Shown: one piece after another, positions 63,217-64,000 of the stretch
Numbering within the stretch: position 1 is the first letter of the stretch
Layout: each line of letters starts with the position of its first letter
Assembly (NCBI GenBank): GCA_009781185.1
Contig: WQYP01000005.1
Coordinates: 1 to 64,000, forward strand
DNA: 64,000 nucleotides
Direction of reading: 5' to 3'
DNA from: Phycisphaerales bacterium
GTDB lineage: Bacteria; Planctomycetota; Phycisphaerae; WQYP01
The notes under the pieces: generated by a model
What the model was told of the DNA's origin: nothing
Seen by the model: only the letters and a program-made list of their open reading frames with translations
Databases searched by the model: none
Program-made: the position numbers and the translations under genes

Positions 63217-63300
63217 TCATGATGTGCTCACACGGAGACGCAGAACCATCCGAGCCGCAATCATAAGATTGCGGTTCGCAGGGGTGTGGTTGTTGTTTCA

Positions 63301-63420
63301 CTATTAGAGCATTTTTCATGTGGTCGTGGCGTAATGACATGCGCAGGAAGCGAGAGCCAAAGCCCCGCATTGCCATGCGGGGCTCCAAAACGCTACGGGC
63401 GAGTGAAAAATGTTCTAATG
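63301..63420. mobile_element. 116 bp MITE-like element (copy 2, inverted relative to 17075-17190)
   Basis: 'ctattagagcatttttcatgtggtcgtggcgtaatgacatgcgcaggaagcgagagccaaagccccgcattgccatgcggggct...gtgaaaaatgttctaatg'. Confidence 0.8.
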
Positions 63421-63485
63421 TGGCAAGCCCCACTCATGCCGGGCGGCGATAAGTGGGGCTCGTAGAGAAGGCAGGTCATTTTACC

Positions 63486-63516
63486 ACTTATAGTCTATAT
63501 GTTTGACTTATAGTCT
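63486..63516 (+). promoter_or_regulatory. Direct repeats (possible operator) upstream of the XRE gene
   Basis: 'acttatagtct' at 63486-63496 and at 63506-63516 (20 bp phasing), in an AT-rich stretch. Confidence 0.35.
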
Positions 63517-63545
63517 CTATTCTCATCGACGTCAAGGGGACTAAT

Positions 63546-63818
63546 TTGCGCTCCGTGCAGAGTCATTCCCCAGATACTCTCAAACTCGCTTACGGCGATA
63601 CCCTGCGTAAGTTCAGGTTGCCCACTGGACTCAGCCAGATGAAGTTGGCCGACAAGGTTGGTGTTCATTTCACCTATCTGAGCGATGTCGAACGTGGCAA
63701 TCGAAATATTGCCTTGGTCAATATCGTGCGTGTTGCCCGAGCGTTAGATGTGCCACTGGACAAGTTCTTTGCCGAAGTTGAAGCGCAGCTCGCTCGTTAT
63801 TCGCATCCAACAAAATGA
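63546..63818 (+). CDS. XRE-family (Cro/CI-type) HTH transcriptional regulator
   Basis: 'LRKFRLPTGLSQMKLADKVGVHFTYLSDVERGNRNIALVNIVRVARAL'. TTG start. Confidence 0.75.
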   Translation: MRSVQSHSPDTLKLAYGDTLRKFRLPTGLSQMKLADKVGVHFTYLSDVERGNRNIALVNIVRVARALDVPLDKFFAEVEAQLARYSHPTK

Positions 63819-63922
63819 AGAATTGAGGCGTACCTCGAAAAACGCCCACGCTTAGGAGAGGGAGGAGGGGGGGGTTGGGCGTGGCCATTTTTTATGGCCA
63901 ATCAGACGATTGCCCCGGAAAA

Positions 63923-64000
63923 TCAGAGCCGCGACCGTCAGGGAGCGACAGGCGTTATTTCCGCATTGTCGCACGGATCGCTCCCTGACGGTCGCGGCTC
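63923..64000. repeat. Family A palindromic element (cut by the window end)
   Basis: 'tcagagccgcgaccgtcagggagcgac...atcgctccctgacggtcgcggctc'. Together with 63881-63922 it forms an inverted copy of 48508-48635. Confidence 0.85.

Overview
GC-rich bacterial chromosomal window. By inference it is PVC-superphylum or Planctomycetota-like: three PEP-CTERM proteins, an LRR/FN3 surface protein, and Lys/Ala/Gly-rich extensions on housekeeping proteins. The core is a ~19 kb S10-spc-alpha ribosomal protein cluster on the minus strand (rplC at 44.4 kb down to rplQ at 25.3 kb). The cluster lacks rpsJ, rpmD, adk and rpsD, and a 3 kb LRR gene sits between rpsM and rpsK. Flanking housekeeping genes are lysS, a Lol-like ABC pair, a CPA2 antiporter, a polyprenyl synthase, MoxR, CbiMQO, an RluA-family synthase, rny and ppdK. 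Accessory genes include PEP-CTERM proteins, two beta-helix paralogs, a retropepsin-ankyrin lipoprotein and a PARG-like protein. No rRNA, tRNA or CRISPR was found. Two things stand out. (1) The window is packed with palindromic repeat families: a 'tcagagccgcg...cgcggctctga' family, hairpins whose arms are tandem heptamers, a ~200 bp multi-hairpin composite, and a 116 bp MITE. Several copies lie in frame inside coding genes (lysS, PARG-like gene, cbiQ, cbiM, rplO, rplV, rluA-family gene), which resembles the Rickettsia palindromic element phenomenon. (2) A 1.7 kb three-gene cassette sits between two diverged ~0.5 kb direct copies of the ppdK 3' end plus terminator. It carries an AT-rich single-pass membrane protein and an ATGA-overlapping gene pair, and is a candidate uncharacterised toxin-antitoxin or defence-type module. 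All product calls come from motif recognition by eye; no database search was run.
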